Assembly (NCBI GenBank): GCA_043228905.1
Contig: JBHGNT010000002.1
Coordinates: forward strand, 11,904,001-11,968,000
Origin: Azolla caroliniana
Lineage: Eukaryota > Plantae > Polypodiophyta
Direction: 5' to 3'
DNA: 64,000 nucleotides
Shown here in pieces: positions 34,457 to 47,931 of this stretch. Numbering within the stretch: the stretch's first letter is position 1; every line of letters begins with the position of its first letter. The translations under genes were made by a program, and so were the position numbers. Below the pieces are notes generated by a model. That model was given only the letters and a program-made list of their open reading frames with translations. It was not told the origin of the DNA and did no database searches.

Positions 34457-36191
34457 AATAACTCTTCTCTACTCTCATTTTGCATTACTCAGCTTTGCCT
34501 TAGCGGTTTAAATTTAACACTGAGATTCGCAGGCTCAAAATTCATAAAGCTTTTGAAAAACCCAAGATCGATGCTCTATATTTTGCTCTCATTTTGAACT
34601 CTCCCTAACTTTGGCACGCGTGTACACACACACACACACACACACATAAAAGAGGGATTTATATTAAACCTTTGAAAGCTCCATCACAATTGCTAAGTAT
34701 ATGGCCGACTTATGATGCCAAATAGAGGAACACAAGGAATGAAAACTACAAATAGTTTGAACCAAGTAATGCAAACAAAGAAGTAGGAGATATCATTGAG
34801 AAGGGAAGGGGATATGAAATGCGTTGTCATAAAACATTACAAGCATGAGAAAGCCCAAATGCGACAATCTTGGAAGATCCTTGTGGCATCCCATTGATAA
34901 ATAAGGGTATGTGGATGATCTCGTCTCAAATGATATTGAAGGTCTCTCATTTCATGCACATGCTTGCGCCATGTGCACACAATCACACTTTTTTGTTTGA
35001 ACCCTTTCTTCTTTCCACTCTTGAGTCTCTTTTATTTTGTTTGTATGGAGATTGTTGTACCCTAGAGGTATACTGAGTTTTTACTAACCCATGCACCAAG
35101 GCTGAACTTTCACAATATGCAATGCCGTACTAGATGCGACACATTGGAATATACCGAGTTCACAGGACACCACCTGGTCTCGGCAACACAATCTCCTCTA
35201 TCAACCAAGTTATATTGGTATGAATGCATGACCCTTCTCATCACTCTTGGGAAACGCCTAGTTAGTTAGACAAGCGTATGCAGGAAACATCTCTCTAGGA
35301 TCTGCACTTAAACACACAACATCTAGATCTTATCACTAACTAACTATCGTTACTTATACTCTTATCTCTACACACACACACACACACCCTCTCTCTCTCT
35401 CTCATTGAATTCTGTCTTTCCTCTTAGTCCAAAAGTAGCTTTTGTTTGGTCGTCTCTCACACTCACTTTCTCACGTACACAACATGCGTATTTTGTGTGT
35501 GTGTGTGTAGAATATATGTACATACAATACATACATAGAGAGAGGTAACGAAGCTAGTAGCTATTATAGAGCTAGTAGCGAGAGCTACCTTACCTACCTT
35601 AGCTTCCGCTTGCACACAACTTGCTATCGAAACAAAGCTTCTTCCGCATCACATCTGTCTGTCTGTCTGTCTGTCTGTCTGTATTCATTCATTCTCTTGC
35701 TATCTTCCGTTTTGCTCGCTCTGTGCTTCTTATCTCTACATAGCAGTCACTATTACTACTACTACTACTACTACTGCATATTATTTGTATACTTCACACG
35801 GCTTGTGCCCTCTTAGCCGCTGCTCCATTTGTACCAAGAAAACAGGCTTTGGCAAATATATATATATATATATACCATTGATCTGTTCTCTGATTCATAT
35901 GTATTTGGCATTACTCTGGTATTAGGTTAGAGATTTGAATCAAGGAAGGCTTTGGTATTATCAGTGTATGGAATTACATATTCTTCATGTATTGAAAGAG
36001 TTACATATTTGTAGCAGGCTCGGCTCATTCACAGATTGAATTAGAGATCTACAATACTCTCTTCTCTGTCTGTCTGTATCTACATACTATTATTGCAGAA
36101 ATCCGTTGATTGAATTTCTCTTGCTCTTTCTAAAATATACAGACAGTTGTTTCTAGGAAGAGGAGGAAAGAGTAGAGAGAGAGAGAGAGGG

Positions 36192-37033
36192 ATGACATCT
36201 AGCAGTAGAGCTCCTAGCAATCGCGAGAGAGAGAACAACAAAAGAAGGGAGAGAAGACGGCGTGCCATAGCCGCACGGATCTTCACGGGGCTGCGACAGT
36301 TTGGTAACTATAAGCTACCCAAGCATTGCGACAACAACGAGGTCCTAAAGGCTCTGTGTAGAGAAGCAGGGTGGAATGTAGAAGAAGACGGGACTACTTT
36401 CAAGAAATTAGGAAGGGTAGCCCTCGCCCCAACCAATTTCTCCTTCAGCCAAGATATTGTGGTGCAGCAGCAGCATAATAATAATAATAATAATAATAAT
36501 AATCATAGTACACATGTACATCAGCAGCAAATGGAGTACAATGTGAATGGCGAGACTGCGTGTGATACCGTCGTCGTCACATCTATAGGGCCCTCCTCCT
36601 CCTCCTCCTCCTCCATACACGGTCTCCCTTGTCTCAAGATGATGAGAGGAGGAGGAGGATCATCATCATTTAGTGCCCCAGTAACACCTCCTTTAAGCTC
36701 TCCAACTCGACTTAATCCTAAATCCAAGCTACCTTATGATGGCATCCCAGATCTAGCACAAGATTTAGCTATTCCTAAGGTTTATCCAGGTCGAATTTGC
36801 CATCATAACCTTAACTCATTTTCTGTACATCAACAGGATTGTATCAAGAGAGGATTATCTACTATTGCGGCCACCACCACCACCACTACTCAAACTGCTA
36901 CTTCACTCGCATTCCCAAAATATCACCATCAGGATTACCCTTCTGAAGATCCTCTGGAGAACAACAGTTCTAGTAACATTAACAATAACTCTATTATTAA
37001 GCATGATTCTAAACCTTTTAATTTATCCTTGGC

Positions 37034-37064
<31 letters not shown>

Positions 37065-37613
37065 ATATCAGCACACACTACATCATCTTCGGTAGTGTTA
37101 TCTGAATCATCCACACCCTCTTACTTCTATACCTCAGGCTCATGCACACCTGCCTATTCCTCTCTTTTCTCTTCAGGTGCTTGCACCCCTACCTCAAACA
37201 ATAACACCGCCAGCAACACTATCTATAGAATGAGATCATCTTTACCTATTCAGTTTGCCGCTGCAATATCCAACCTAGCTCTTTCTCAATCAAATCAAGA
37301 TGACTTAGTTCAAGAAAAAAAGAGTGTCCATGGAGAAAAGCTCTACACTTTCCCCAATGATCGTCCAAAGTGTATGACCCCATCGATGGCTGTGAATGGT
37401 TATGGTGAAGAGTATCCTGATACATCATCCTCATCATTACCACTCAAGAATCTTGCAAAATCTAATGTCCCTATCATTTTAGAGAGATTTGGAAAAGAGG
37501 ATATTGAAAGGCACGAATTGGTAAAGCCATGGGAAGGGGAGACCATACATGAGGTATCTCTGGGTGAAGAAGACCTGGAATTAACTCTTGGAAATTCTAC
37601 ATTCAATGGTTGA
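36192..37613 (+). CDS. BZR1: BES1/BZR1-family transcription factor (473 aa, single coding exon)
   Basis: [51 protein letters not shown] (BES1_N domain), [22 protein letters not shown], and EAR motif DLELTLG. The symbol denotes the family, not proven orthology. Confidence 0.95.
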
Positions 37614-37681
37614 TCATATCAAGATCAAATACATGTTCGTAGCTTTTCAAAGATTCTTAGTTACTGCAGCAAATATCTATC

Positions 37682-37796
37682 GTATGGGTACTTTTCTTAA
37701 CCACTTTTGTAATATAAGTCTGAGTTAAGACTAAACTGTATGGGTTCTTTTCTTAACCGCTTTTGTAATATAAAGCTGAGCTTACGACTAAGCTGC
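37682..37796. repeat. About 57-bp tandem duplication in the BZR 3' region
   Basis: GTATGGGT.CTTTTCTTAACC.CTTTTGTAATATAA..CTGAG occurs twice in tandem. Confidence 0.85.
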
Positions 37797-39273
37797 ATTC
37801 AATATAAACTTGATCCTGATCTGCATCGCCAAAGCAAACATAAACTGTGCATTAGATGTGCCATTGCATTCCTTCTTTAAATAAGATGTTCATTCAACAT
37901 TCACAATAATGGTAAAGGAAATGAACGTAAGAAAGTTTATACACACATTTGAGAAGTGTTTTAGATAAGAACACGTGATTTTTGACTTTGTGAAAGAGGA
38001 AAAAGGGTGAAGAAATCGAAAGCCATCTTCACAACTCATTAGTGAATTTGCTTTGACAGTCATTCGGCATGATTATCGTCTTATTATTGGTTTGCATCGA
38101 AAAACAACGATGAATCATTCTAAAAATCAACCAATCAATCAATTATATAGAAGGATAGATTCGAACAACTAATGTCTTGACATTGGAGGCAAAAACGAAT
38201 TTAAGAAGATGATAAGAGGACCAAAAGTATCACAACAACGTTAGATTTCCAAGCTGTCCAAATGGATTAGGATGCAAACTTTTTTCTTATTTTTATAGAT
38301 AGGTTTTCCCAACTAATAATAATGATGTTATGTCATATGGGTATTATATAATATTCGATAAAAGATGGAAACCTATTCATTATTTTTTAATCAAGGTTGT
38401 ACTGATTTCTAATAGTGATTCCATGCCAGATGTGTATACACTCCCAGAACTGGCACACCAAATGTTATAAAATTAAAATCATAGGGTCTATGCTAAAACT
38501 AGATCTATATATATACACGTTGAAACAAAGATTACAGAGTGATGCATCCACACAATCTACACTAGCTTAAAGATGCATTTGTATTATAAAGTTCAAGGAA
38601 AAGTTTCTGATATACCAATACAAAGTCCATAGCAGTTATGCTGATATAGATATCCACCACTAATATATATGATCAAGTAATGTAAGTATTTTGCTTGATC
38701 ATATATCTTGAAGCCTCTCAACGTCCATTACCAACAAATTGAAAGTTTTTCCTGCAATATAAATAAACATTACTAAACATTGATAGATATGTACACTTAC
38801 TTTATACCTCAGAATTGAGATCTTAGGTCAGGTTGCATAGGAGCGCATATTTGTTTGCATTATAAGAAATTGCACTGTGTTACAAATTTATGAGGCAAAC
38901 TTTATTCCGCCTGATTATAGAGCAAAGGGAAGGAAAGCAAACAGTATCTCTTTGATTTAATACATTTCAAATACTCGTCATTCTGAGAGCATCGAAGACT
39001 CCACTCAAGCACAAGACATGACATTTTACATCTACACATAGCACTCACAATCATGGTTCTGATGAGTAGCAAGTAGCTATAGGAGGTCCAATTACTTGTC
39101 AAACTCAAACATTTTTGAAACCTAGTAGCACATGCAATTGTTGATCGCAATGCGTGTATAAGTAGCCATAAAAGATTCCACCCAACCACTATTTTTTTGC
39201 ATTCGTTGTAGCATTCACATTGATGGTAGTGATAAGCATAAGTAACCATAAATAACTTCATTCAATCATCAAA

Positions 39274-39379
39274 CTCGTGCATTTTCCAGCATTCCTTAGC
39301 AGCACTTGAATACATGAGTTTATTCAATAATCAATCTCGTGCATTTTCCAGCATTCCTTAGCAGCACTTGAATACATGA
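39274..39379. repeat. 62-bp-period duplication in the PORR gene 3' region
   Basis: CTCGTGCATTTTCCAGCATTCCTTAGCAGCACTTGAATACATGA occurs twice. Confidence 0.9.
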
Positions 39380-39431
39380 TTGCAATGTGCATAAGTAATC
39401 ATATGTGAGAATTCATTCATTCATCAAACTC

Positions 39432-40652
39432 TTAAAATTTTGCATTCCTCACAGCATTGGCAACCATAGACCGCACCCGAGGGCCATTTCTCACGAGCTT
39501 ACAATACTTTTTCTTCACGCTAAGAAGAGGATGGCTCTCTTCCAAAAGCTTTTGTCTTTCATAAGCCTCCCTAAGGTAAAGTGTGTGAACGGCACCTTTC
39601 ACACTAACATAGAATATCCCCGGGTATCGATTCACAGCCTTATAAAGATTTGCCGGTAGATTAAACTCTTGCCGGAAATGGTTGAGAATCTCGATCGTGA
39701 TCTTCTTCTCGAGAGTTAAGCTCAAAACCTCATGCAAGAGCGCAACCATTCTTCTGTCAGCAAGAGGGGTATGATCCAAGATTCCTTCAGTGTCCATGTA
39801 AGGGGATATATAAGGGAGTTTTTGCCACTTATCCAAATAAGCAAAAGCTTTTTGCTTTGGAACAACACCTGGTGAATAACGGGTTTCAAACTTAAGCGAA
39901 TAACCTCGAGTTTCAAAGTCCCTTAATCCCGATATCAACACATTAGCTTTAGCTTTCTTTTCAAACTCAGTTTCAGCTAAGTTCTCATCCCATAATAAAA
40001 GCTCTAATGTCTCATAAGGCTTTCCATTTTGGGAAAGTTCGAACAAATCTGGATATTTTGGTACAACCCGAGAGACTAAATCTGTCGGAAAGCCAAAAAA
40101 CGAGGCCGCCATTGTGATTCGATTTGCTCGCATTTTTTGATTCCTAGAAATCATAAGCAATTTCCTTAACTTTACCACATTTTCTTGTTCTTGGTTTTCA
40201 TGTATCATCTTTTCTTCTTTTATAAGATCAATGGCTTCTTGAGTGAGTTTGATCCACGGAAGCTCTTCTTCAGGGTGAATGAATATCTCAAAGAGCGTAG
40301 GATAATCTCTCACAAAATCCTCAAATCTCTCCTCTGTTGTTCTTAACCCTAAGTTTCTCCTTCTAATTGTGAGGAATCTGAAAGGCATGGATTCTTTCTT
40401 GAAGTGTAGGAAAACGTCTCTTATTTTGAGGACAGGGACTATAGATTTCTCTTTGTCTGAGACAGCATCAAGGGGTGGATCTTTCTTTATCCTAATTCGA
40501 GGGATACTCGTTGTCGTGTTGAAACATACAGAGAAGAAACATACAGTATTCATTCGGCATGGATGTCTCTTCGTCGAAGATTGAACCAGAGATGAACAGG
40601 ATGAAGATGACGAAGAAAAGACAAGTCGAAACAGCGTCGTTGTTCTCGCCAT
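39432..40652 (-). CDS. PORR (plant organelle RNA recognition; WTF1/RPD1-like) protein, 406 aa, intronless
   Basis: Ser/Arg-rich transit-peptide-like N-terminus, DYPTLFEIF, KLRKLLMIS, WQKLPYISPY, RMVALLHEVLSLTLEKK, RYPGIFYVS...LREAY. Confidence 0.92.
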   Translation of the reverse strand: MARTTTLFRLVFSSSSSSCSSLVQSSTKRHPCRMNTVCFFSVCFNTTTSIPRIRIKKDPPLDAVSDKEKSIVPVLKIRDVFLHFKKESMPFRFLTIRRRNLGLRTTEERFEDFVRDYPTLFEIFIHPEEELPWIKLTQEAIDLIKEEKMIHENQEQENVVKLRKLLMISRNQKMRANRITMAASFFGFPTDLVSRVVPKYPDLFELSQNGKPYETLELLLWDENLAETEFEKKAKANVLISGLRDFETRGYSLKFETRYSPGVVPKQKAFAYLDKWQKLPYISPYMDTEGILDHTPLADRRMVALLHEVLSLTLEKKITIEILNHFRQEFNLPANLYKAVNRYPGIFYVSVKGAVHTLYLREAYERQKLLEESHPLLSVKKKYCKLVRNGPRVRSMVANAVRNAKF

Positions 40653-40655
40653 AGC

Positions 40656-40698
<43 letters not shown>

Positions 40699-40708
40699 AC
40701 ATACCTTT

Positions 40709-40717
40709 AAACCCTAA
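40709..40717. promoter_or_regulatory. Telo-box-like AAACCCTAA upstream of the PORR gene
   Basis: The motif lies about 57 bp upstream of the ATG, beside a CT repeat. Confidence 0.45.
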
Positions 40718-41177
40718 ATAAACAAAGGAAAGCGCTATTTGCCCCCCCCAAAATTCTACTAAAAAACCAAAAACTTCAAGTTACATAAATTTCCAGCCAC
40801 AAAATGCCCAAAATCCAAGTGAAAAACCTTAAGGATGAAAACTAAATCCATACGTAAATAGAGATTATGCCTCATGTGGGGATGAGGCAACCACAATTTT
40901 GCAACAATTAACATTTAAGTCCCTTGAAGTCAAGGTCAAGCCATCGCAATCGTCTCCTCGCCCAACTTGCACGTCTTAGTCTCACATATTGGCAATCGCC
41001 TCCTAGCCCAACTTGCACCAATTTGGAAGTGTTTGGGGAGCTGCCAATAAGTTCTTGCAAGTTGTCAACCGTCGCTCCTCTTTTTGCACCAATTTGTTGT
41101 TTTCGACGTATGGATCCAATGCCTTCTTTGGCGCACCAAAACCATACACCTTTTGATACAAATCTGCCATTTGTTGC

Positions 41178-44100
41178 TATAAAAGAATACATGTGCGGAA
41201 GCGTATGTGTAAGAACACATATTACACGGTTTGGTAGTACGACAGTCCAATAGAAAACAGAAACCACAGAGAGAGAGAGGGAGAGAGAGAGAGAGAGAGA
41301 GAGCAGAAAATACAAAACTATATTCAAAATAATTGTCAGTATGTTCTGTCTACATGCTTCATGCTCAATGAGCACCTTTTTATACAAGCCCTGACTATTG
41401 GGCTGACACAAGTACTTACAGTACTTGACCGCTCATAAAGGAGCCTCTTACACTTACTCCCAAAATTATTCCTTACGAGGAATAACACTCTAACAGCCTC
41501 TCGGTTTAAACACTACCACGACCATATTTTGTGTACGGTTGGTTTTACACACCCAGTCTACGAACTGGGTTACGTACCCGTTTATGCACCCAATGTTGAG
41601 CTTGTCCCTCAACACTCCCCATCAAGCTCAACTTGAGGTTCCATCCGCTTTTCCGGATCTTCGTTGTGGCCTCTTCGGCCTTCACGCCTCGCTCGCGCTC
41701 CTCGACCCATTCGATTCCGCGCGCTTCGACCCTTCCGATCGGTTTGTCTGCTCATGTGGCCCTCCTCAACTCCCTTGTTGTCGTGGTGTTGGCGCCTCTT
41801 CCGCTGCCCTTTCCTCCACTTGACCTTCAATCGATTCGTAATGTCTGAATCGAACATTTCGATTAAATCAGTCATTTCCGATTCCATTCCTCTTTCGCCC
41901 GAATTGGTTGTCTCCAATTCTCTTCTGTTTCAAGCCCTTGACAACATCAGATCACATCTTGGTCTTGGCCTTTACGCCCTTCTTGGTTGTATTTCCCTTT
42001 TGTTCGGTTGTCTTCGGCTCTTCCTTTTGATTACGACCCCTGTTTTCTTCTTCGGCTTCTTCAGCCAACTCGAAATCGAATTCTTCATCCGATTCGGCAT
42101 CACGGTCACTATCGCTCCTTTCACGCTCTTGTTCGTGTTCCTGTCTCCCCCTCAAGTTCGGCATGTCAGGGGACCCAAACTGAGCGCACCCAAGAAATGT
42201 CGTAACTTGTCGAAACCAAGGGGCTTGGTGAAGATATTAGCAATCTGCCGAACTGTCAGAACATACGCCAGTTCAACTTCACCAGAAAGGACACGCTCGC
42301 GGACAAAATGGTAGTGCACCTCAATGTGCTTGATCTGAGCGTGGTATACAGGGTTTTTCGCAAGGAGGATGCTGCTGAGGATCGTCGTTGGATCGGACAC
42401 CTCCACGTGCAGATCCCATAATCGCCGTTTCAGCCAAATGACTTCGCATGTAGCAATAGTCTCCCCTCAATATTCGGCCTCTGTGCTCGACAATGCTATT
42501 GTCAGCTACTTCTTACTGCTCCACGCGATCGCCGCACTTCCCAATGAGAATGCGTATCCGCATGTGGACCTACGATCGTGGGCATTTCTGGCCCAATCGG
42601 CATCCGTGTAGCCGACTAACTGCTCGACTACATCTACACGATACAACAACGCCATGTCTTTCGTGCTGCCGACATATCGTAATATCCTTTCCGCGCACTG
42701 AAGGTGTTCGGTCGTGGGCAGCGACATAAATTGACTGATCATTGAGACCGGATAGGTGAGGTCCAGCCGAGTGATCGTCAAGTAGATGAGGCTTCCAACA
42801 ATCTGTCGAAACTGTGTCAGGTCGCACGTCTTTCCCGAATCTCAGCGAAGGTTTACGTTTCTATCCAGAGGCATCGAGATGGGCGTACAATCTGCCATCC
42901 CGAACTTGAAGAGCATATTCAGTGCAAAATGACGTTGACTGATCAATATGCCTTCGGGGGAACGGATCACTTCGATCCCGAGGAAGTAATGAAGGTCGCC
43001 AAGATCCTTCATTTCGAACAATGCCGCAAGTTGAGACTTTATGGGACAGATTTCTTCCAGGTCGGCACCGGTGATGACAAAATCATCAACATAAAGTAAA
43101 AGGCAAACCGGTCCATGTCGACCTTGCCGAACGAATAATGAAGAGTCCGATTTGGACGTCGTAAACCCCATTCTATGCAACCATTGCGTAATCTTCGCGT
43201 TCCAAGCTCATGGGGCTTGCTTAAGGCCGTATAACACCTTCTTCAATTGGCAGACTACCGAAGTGTTCTGTTCGGATAGAAATCCAGGGGGTTGTACCAT
43301 GTACACCTGTTCCTCAAGATCACCTTGCAAGAACGCATTCTTTACATCCATCTGATGTAGATGCCACCCCTTCGCCATAGCTACGACTAGCAGAACTCGC
43401 ATGGTAGTCATCTTCGCGACTAGTGCGAAGGTCTCGTCGTAGTCTACGCCGTGCTTCTGCGCATAGCCTTTCGCAACCAAATGGGCCTTATATCGGTTGA
43501 CCGAGCCGTCGGTGTTGTATTTCACCTTATACACCCACCTACATCCGATCGGCTTTACACCTTTCGGTACGTCAACCAGGTCCCAAGTCTCATTGTCCGT
43601 TAAAGCGCGCATCTCTTCCTCCATTGCGGCACGCCAATTGGTGTCTTCCGCCACTTCTATGTAGCTCTCCGGCTCACGCACTTCTGCCACGCACGTCATG
43701 TACGCATAATGATGCGCCATGTACTCATTATACTCGTACCTCTTTACAGGGTTCTTCAAGCGGGTAGATCGGCGTAATTCGTGATTACCCAATTTCACGA
43801 GCTTTTAGGTCGATTTCAACCCCTTCCGTGGAGGTTCATTCTCAATTGGCCCAAAGTCAGATTCGCTTTGATCTGACTTGGCACTGCCAAAATCGTATTC
43901 TGACATTTTCTTCTTCCCTTTTTCTTTACGCGTAAACCATCTCCTTGGTTCTTTACGCGGGGACAACACGGTCGAGTCTCCACTACTCGTCTGCTCTTCA
44001 TTTGGTTGGCCATCTTGACCCAACCCCTCATTCAGCCCACTTAGCCGAAATGAGATCGAACTCTCTATCAGAGCTCTAATTTCCTCATCTCGCGGAGGCA

Positions 44101-47100
44101 TCTTGGCCTCATTGACCTCTGCTTCAAAACTCAAAATGGAGTCTTGAGGTGTTGGAGGTGAAGGCAAGTACCATGAAGTGGACTTGTCGAACACGACATC
44201 TCGACTTACGCGAACTTCCTTTGTTCGGAGGGGTTATGGCACTTACACCCTTTCTATTCATCTGAATAGCTGACCAAGATACACTTCTCGGCTTTGGCAT
44301 CCAACATCCTCCGCTTCTCCTTCGGCACATACACATACGCAATGCTGTCGAAAATCCTCTTCGGCTTCTTGCCGTAATACAATTCATGTGGCGACACTCC
44401 TCCATTAGCAGAGGTCCAATTATGCAAGTAAACAACCATCCTTACGGCTTTAGCCAAGTAAAACTTCGGCATATGCTTCTCTTTAAGCATTGCCCTGGCG
44501 GCTTCTTTCGAATGTCCGATTCTTCGGCTCGGCTACGCCGTTCTGCTCTAGCGTATATCTACATGAGAATTCGCGTCGAATTCCCTCCTTCGGTAGATAA
44601 CTCGTGAACTGGTTGGAGAAGTACTCCTTCCTCCCATCGGACTGTAGGCACTTGATTTTACACCTTGTTTCCCTTTCCGCAAGGTTCTTCACCTTCAGGA
44701 ACCACGTGAAGACTTCGCTCTTTTTCGCGATCAAGCACACCCGGGTGTGTCGAGTGAAGTCATCGATGAAGGCCATTACGGCCCCGAAATTTCAGCAAGC
44801 CGAAAACAATGTTCTTCGTCTGCATTTCACGAACCCGTGGGAAGTTAACGTGGCCGAACCGCTGTCGTGCCTTTCGGCTCCGGATCGTTGCGTGGGTCGG
44901 GTGGGAACCGCCGAGGTTTTGGACTAGGAGGAAGAGGAATACAACTTAAGGCTAGTTATGAATAGTAGAAAGAGAAGTAAGATAGCAATCTCGTGAATCC
45001 CGCGAGTTTAGTGTATTTAAAACAATATTTAGATTATAAGAGTAATTTAGATGGCAAAATTCGTGAATCCCACGAATATATTAGATTAATCAAATCCTTG
45101 TATATTAATCAACAACCTTATACATATTTCTCTCCTCCTTATATAAAGATGGAAGAGGCTAAGCATGGCTTCATGCTTTTTTCCCAAAAGTGTCCATGCA
45201 CACTAAATGTGCATGTGATGTTTTTTCATTTCCTAAGTATAGGGCTCATGCACGCTAGATGTGCATGAGTCACTTTTAATGTCACGTGTAAATAAAATAT
45301 TCACACCCTAAAGAATACATGATTTTTATCTTTTAATAAAGGTATGTGTAAATAAAGGTTTTATACGTATTAAATCTATATATATAACACTAAAGATAAG
45401 TTATTATAATGGTAAAGTTGAGGTTTATCTACGTGGAGGTGTAGGGTTTGAATCTTGCCCTATGCACGTGATAAATATTTTGATATATTATTTATTTATT
45501 TATATGTATCTAAAATCGGATATATTATTTTATGGTTTTCACGTAGTGTGTGGAATACACTACGACACCGCTTGTGCCACAGATTGATGTCCGACTCGAT
45601 CTTCTGTCCTTTCGTGAACAACGCAGTTCCGGCTTGATTGGTGTCGAGGATGAACATCCTCCCTTCACGGCGCCCTTGCGCGATAACTTGGTCTTCCTCT
45701 TCGATGTAGCACCCGAGGTGCGTGAATCGAACTTGCAACCCCTGGTCGACAATCTGTCCGACCGACACCAGGTTCTTGGTTATTGTCAGGATGTGCAACA
45801 CGTTCATAAGTTTCCCTTTCCGCCCGACGTGGCTGAGAGGAACTTCTCCGACATGTTCGATAGTATGCGGAGTGTCGTCTCCTGTTTCAACCACTCCTTG
45901 TTTTTCCGGTTTCTCCAAGTACGACAACTATTCCTCAAGACTCGCCATATGATTTGACGGTCCAGAATCAACATACCACACCTTGCTCGATTTCGAGGTG
46001 TTTACGACCATCGAATTGGCCTTGTGCTTCTTTACGAAGGCTGGGCCCGATCCACTTCCGGCTCGTTCAAAGCCCTCAACGTAGTGCGATGTCTGATGCC
46101 TTCCTGTGTCTCTTCTGCTTGATTCAGCTTTGTCTGAATCAACTCTCTTCTTCCAGCACTTGCTCTCCCTGTGGCCTTTCTTGCCACAGTACCAACATTC
46201 TATCGTGGCCTTCTCTTGCCGGCTTCTGGCATTGCTGTGACTCCTCCTGCTTCCGGAGGGTTCGGAATTGCTTCCTACATTTCGATTATGCTGCACGTTC
46301 TGCTCTTTTCGGCCGCCTCCATTGCTCACCGATCCACCTCGCCTGCCACGACTGCGGGGCCTATCTTCCTCCATGTACAACATCTTGTTGTCAGTGTGCG
46401 TACTCATTGACGCATCCACATGATTTTCCTCCACGAGCAACATCGATGGAAGCTCAAAGAACGAAGGTGTAATCTCCCTAGTGTAGACCGCCATCCCGAA
46501 CGCTCCGAAATTTGACGCTAACCCACCAAGACACACCTCCACCATTTTTTCCTCCTTGACGTCATGTTGACGGAGGTGAGAGAGTTGCAAACAGATCTTT
46601 CTGTCGGACATTGCTGAGCTCCTGCTTGAGTTGGAGCTTCCTAATTGTTGTGCTGGCGGCAAATATACTCTTGAGATTCGCCCACGCATCCTTTGGCGTC
46701 TTAGCATCCCGAATGTAGCTCAAGAGCCGGTCGTTCACACAGGACACGAAGCAGTAAAGAACTCTACTTGCCGCTTGTTCCCAAGTTGAAAAATCTCTGT
46801 GTGTCGATTCGGGCATTGTATCATTAGCTCCTTCAACATATTTCCAGTAACCATGACCAAGCAGTTACTAGTGCATCTTGTACGACCAAGATGCGTAGTT
46901 GCTCCGGTCGAGCTTCTTAATCGGTAGCGAGCTTCCCATTCCTCTGTCCATATTGCAGTCTTATCCTTTCCGAAAACAACAACTTAACTCTGTCTTATCG
47001 CAAGCTTTTCTATCGGTTGTAGAGGAGTCTTAACCCTCGCGCTCTAATACCATGTAAAAGAATATGTGTGCGGAAGCATATGTGTAAGAACACAGAGTAC

Positions 47101-47469
47101 ACGGTTTGGTAGAACACAAAAACCACAGAGAAAGAGAGGGAGAGACAGAGAGAAAGAGAGAGCAGAAAATACAAAACTATATTCATAAAAATTCTGAGTA
47201 TGTTCTCTCTACATGCTTCATGCTCAGTGAGCACCTTTTTATACAAGCCCTAACTATTGGGCTAACACAAGTACTTACAGTACTTCACCGCTCATAAATG
47301 AGCATCCTACACTTACTCCCAAAATTATTCCTTACGAGGAACAACACTCTAACGGCATCTCGGTTTAAACACTGCCCTGGCCATATTTTACGTATGGTGT
47401 TACGCACCCAGTCTACGGACTGGGTTACGTACCCGTTTACGCACCCAATGTTGATCTTGTCTCTCAACA
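41178..47469 (-). mobile_element. Full-length decayed Ty1/Copia element D
   Basis: LTRs 47053-47469 and 41178-41614, TSD GTTGC on both sides, PBS TGGTATTAGAGC at 47041-47052, CWYCGKKGH, WYVDSG, FIDDF, LYVDD, IKHIEVHYH. Many stops. Confidence 0.94.
44771..45567 (-). mobile_element. One-ended LTR-like insertion in Copia D, with deletion of host sequence
   Basis: It starts TGTCGTAG on the minus strand directly after LWHKR, and the host resumes at FIDDF. No TSD and no second terminus were found. Confidence 0.55.
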
Positions 47470-47931
47470 GTTGCAAATAATCCTCAACAGCAACCTGTTT
47501 GAGGAATCCTAACCCTTGCTTGAGCCATTGAATAGCTTCTTGGTTGTTTGTATTTGAGATTTCCATGATTCCATGTCAAGATGGTGTGGGATTTGTGTCT
47601 ATGGTTGGTTCTGCCTCCATCTCCATCTCCACTTCTGTTTTTGTGATATCATCCATTCACATTTGGGTCGCATGATCTATAAACGGTAATGGCCCACATA
47701 GGGATGGCATATGCCTCTAAATGATTATTCAAATTCCGTGCTTACATTTACTTGCAAGGTCTTGGCAACCACAATATGAGCCTTGAGAAGCGAGACATTA
47801 TACCATATCGTAGGAGTCTTCATACTCAATATCCTAAACCAATATCAGGCCTCATCCACAATATGCATTGTGTTGGCATCAATCACATACCTCTCGAGTT
47901 TCCTCTTGGACACTTTAAGTCTTGACCTTTG

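Noticed and set aside
33351-35816. Short ORFs upstream of the BZR gene
   Set aside because: Low-complexity translations of microsatellites with no recognisable domain.
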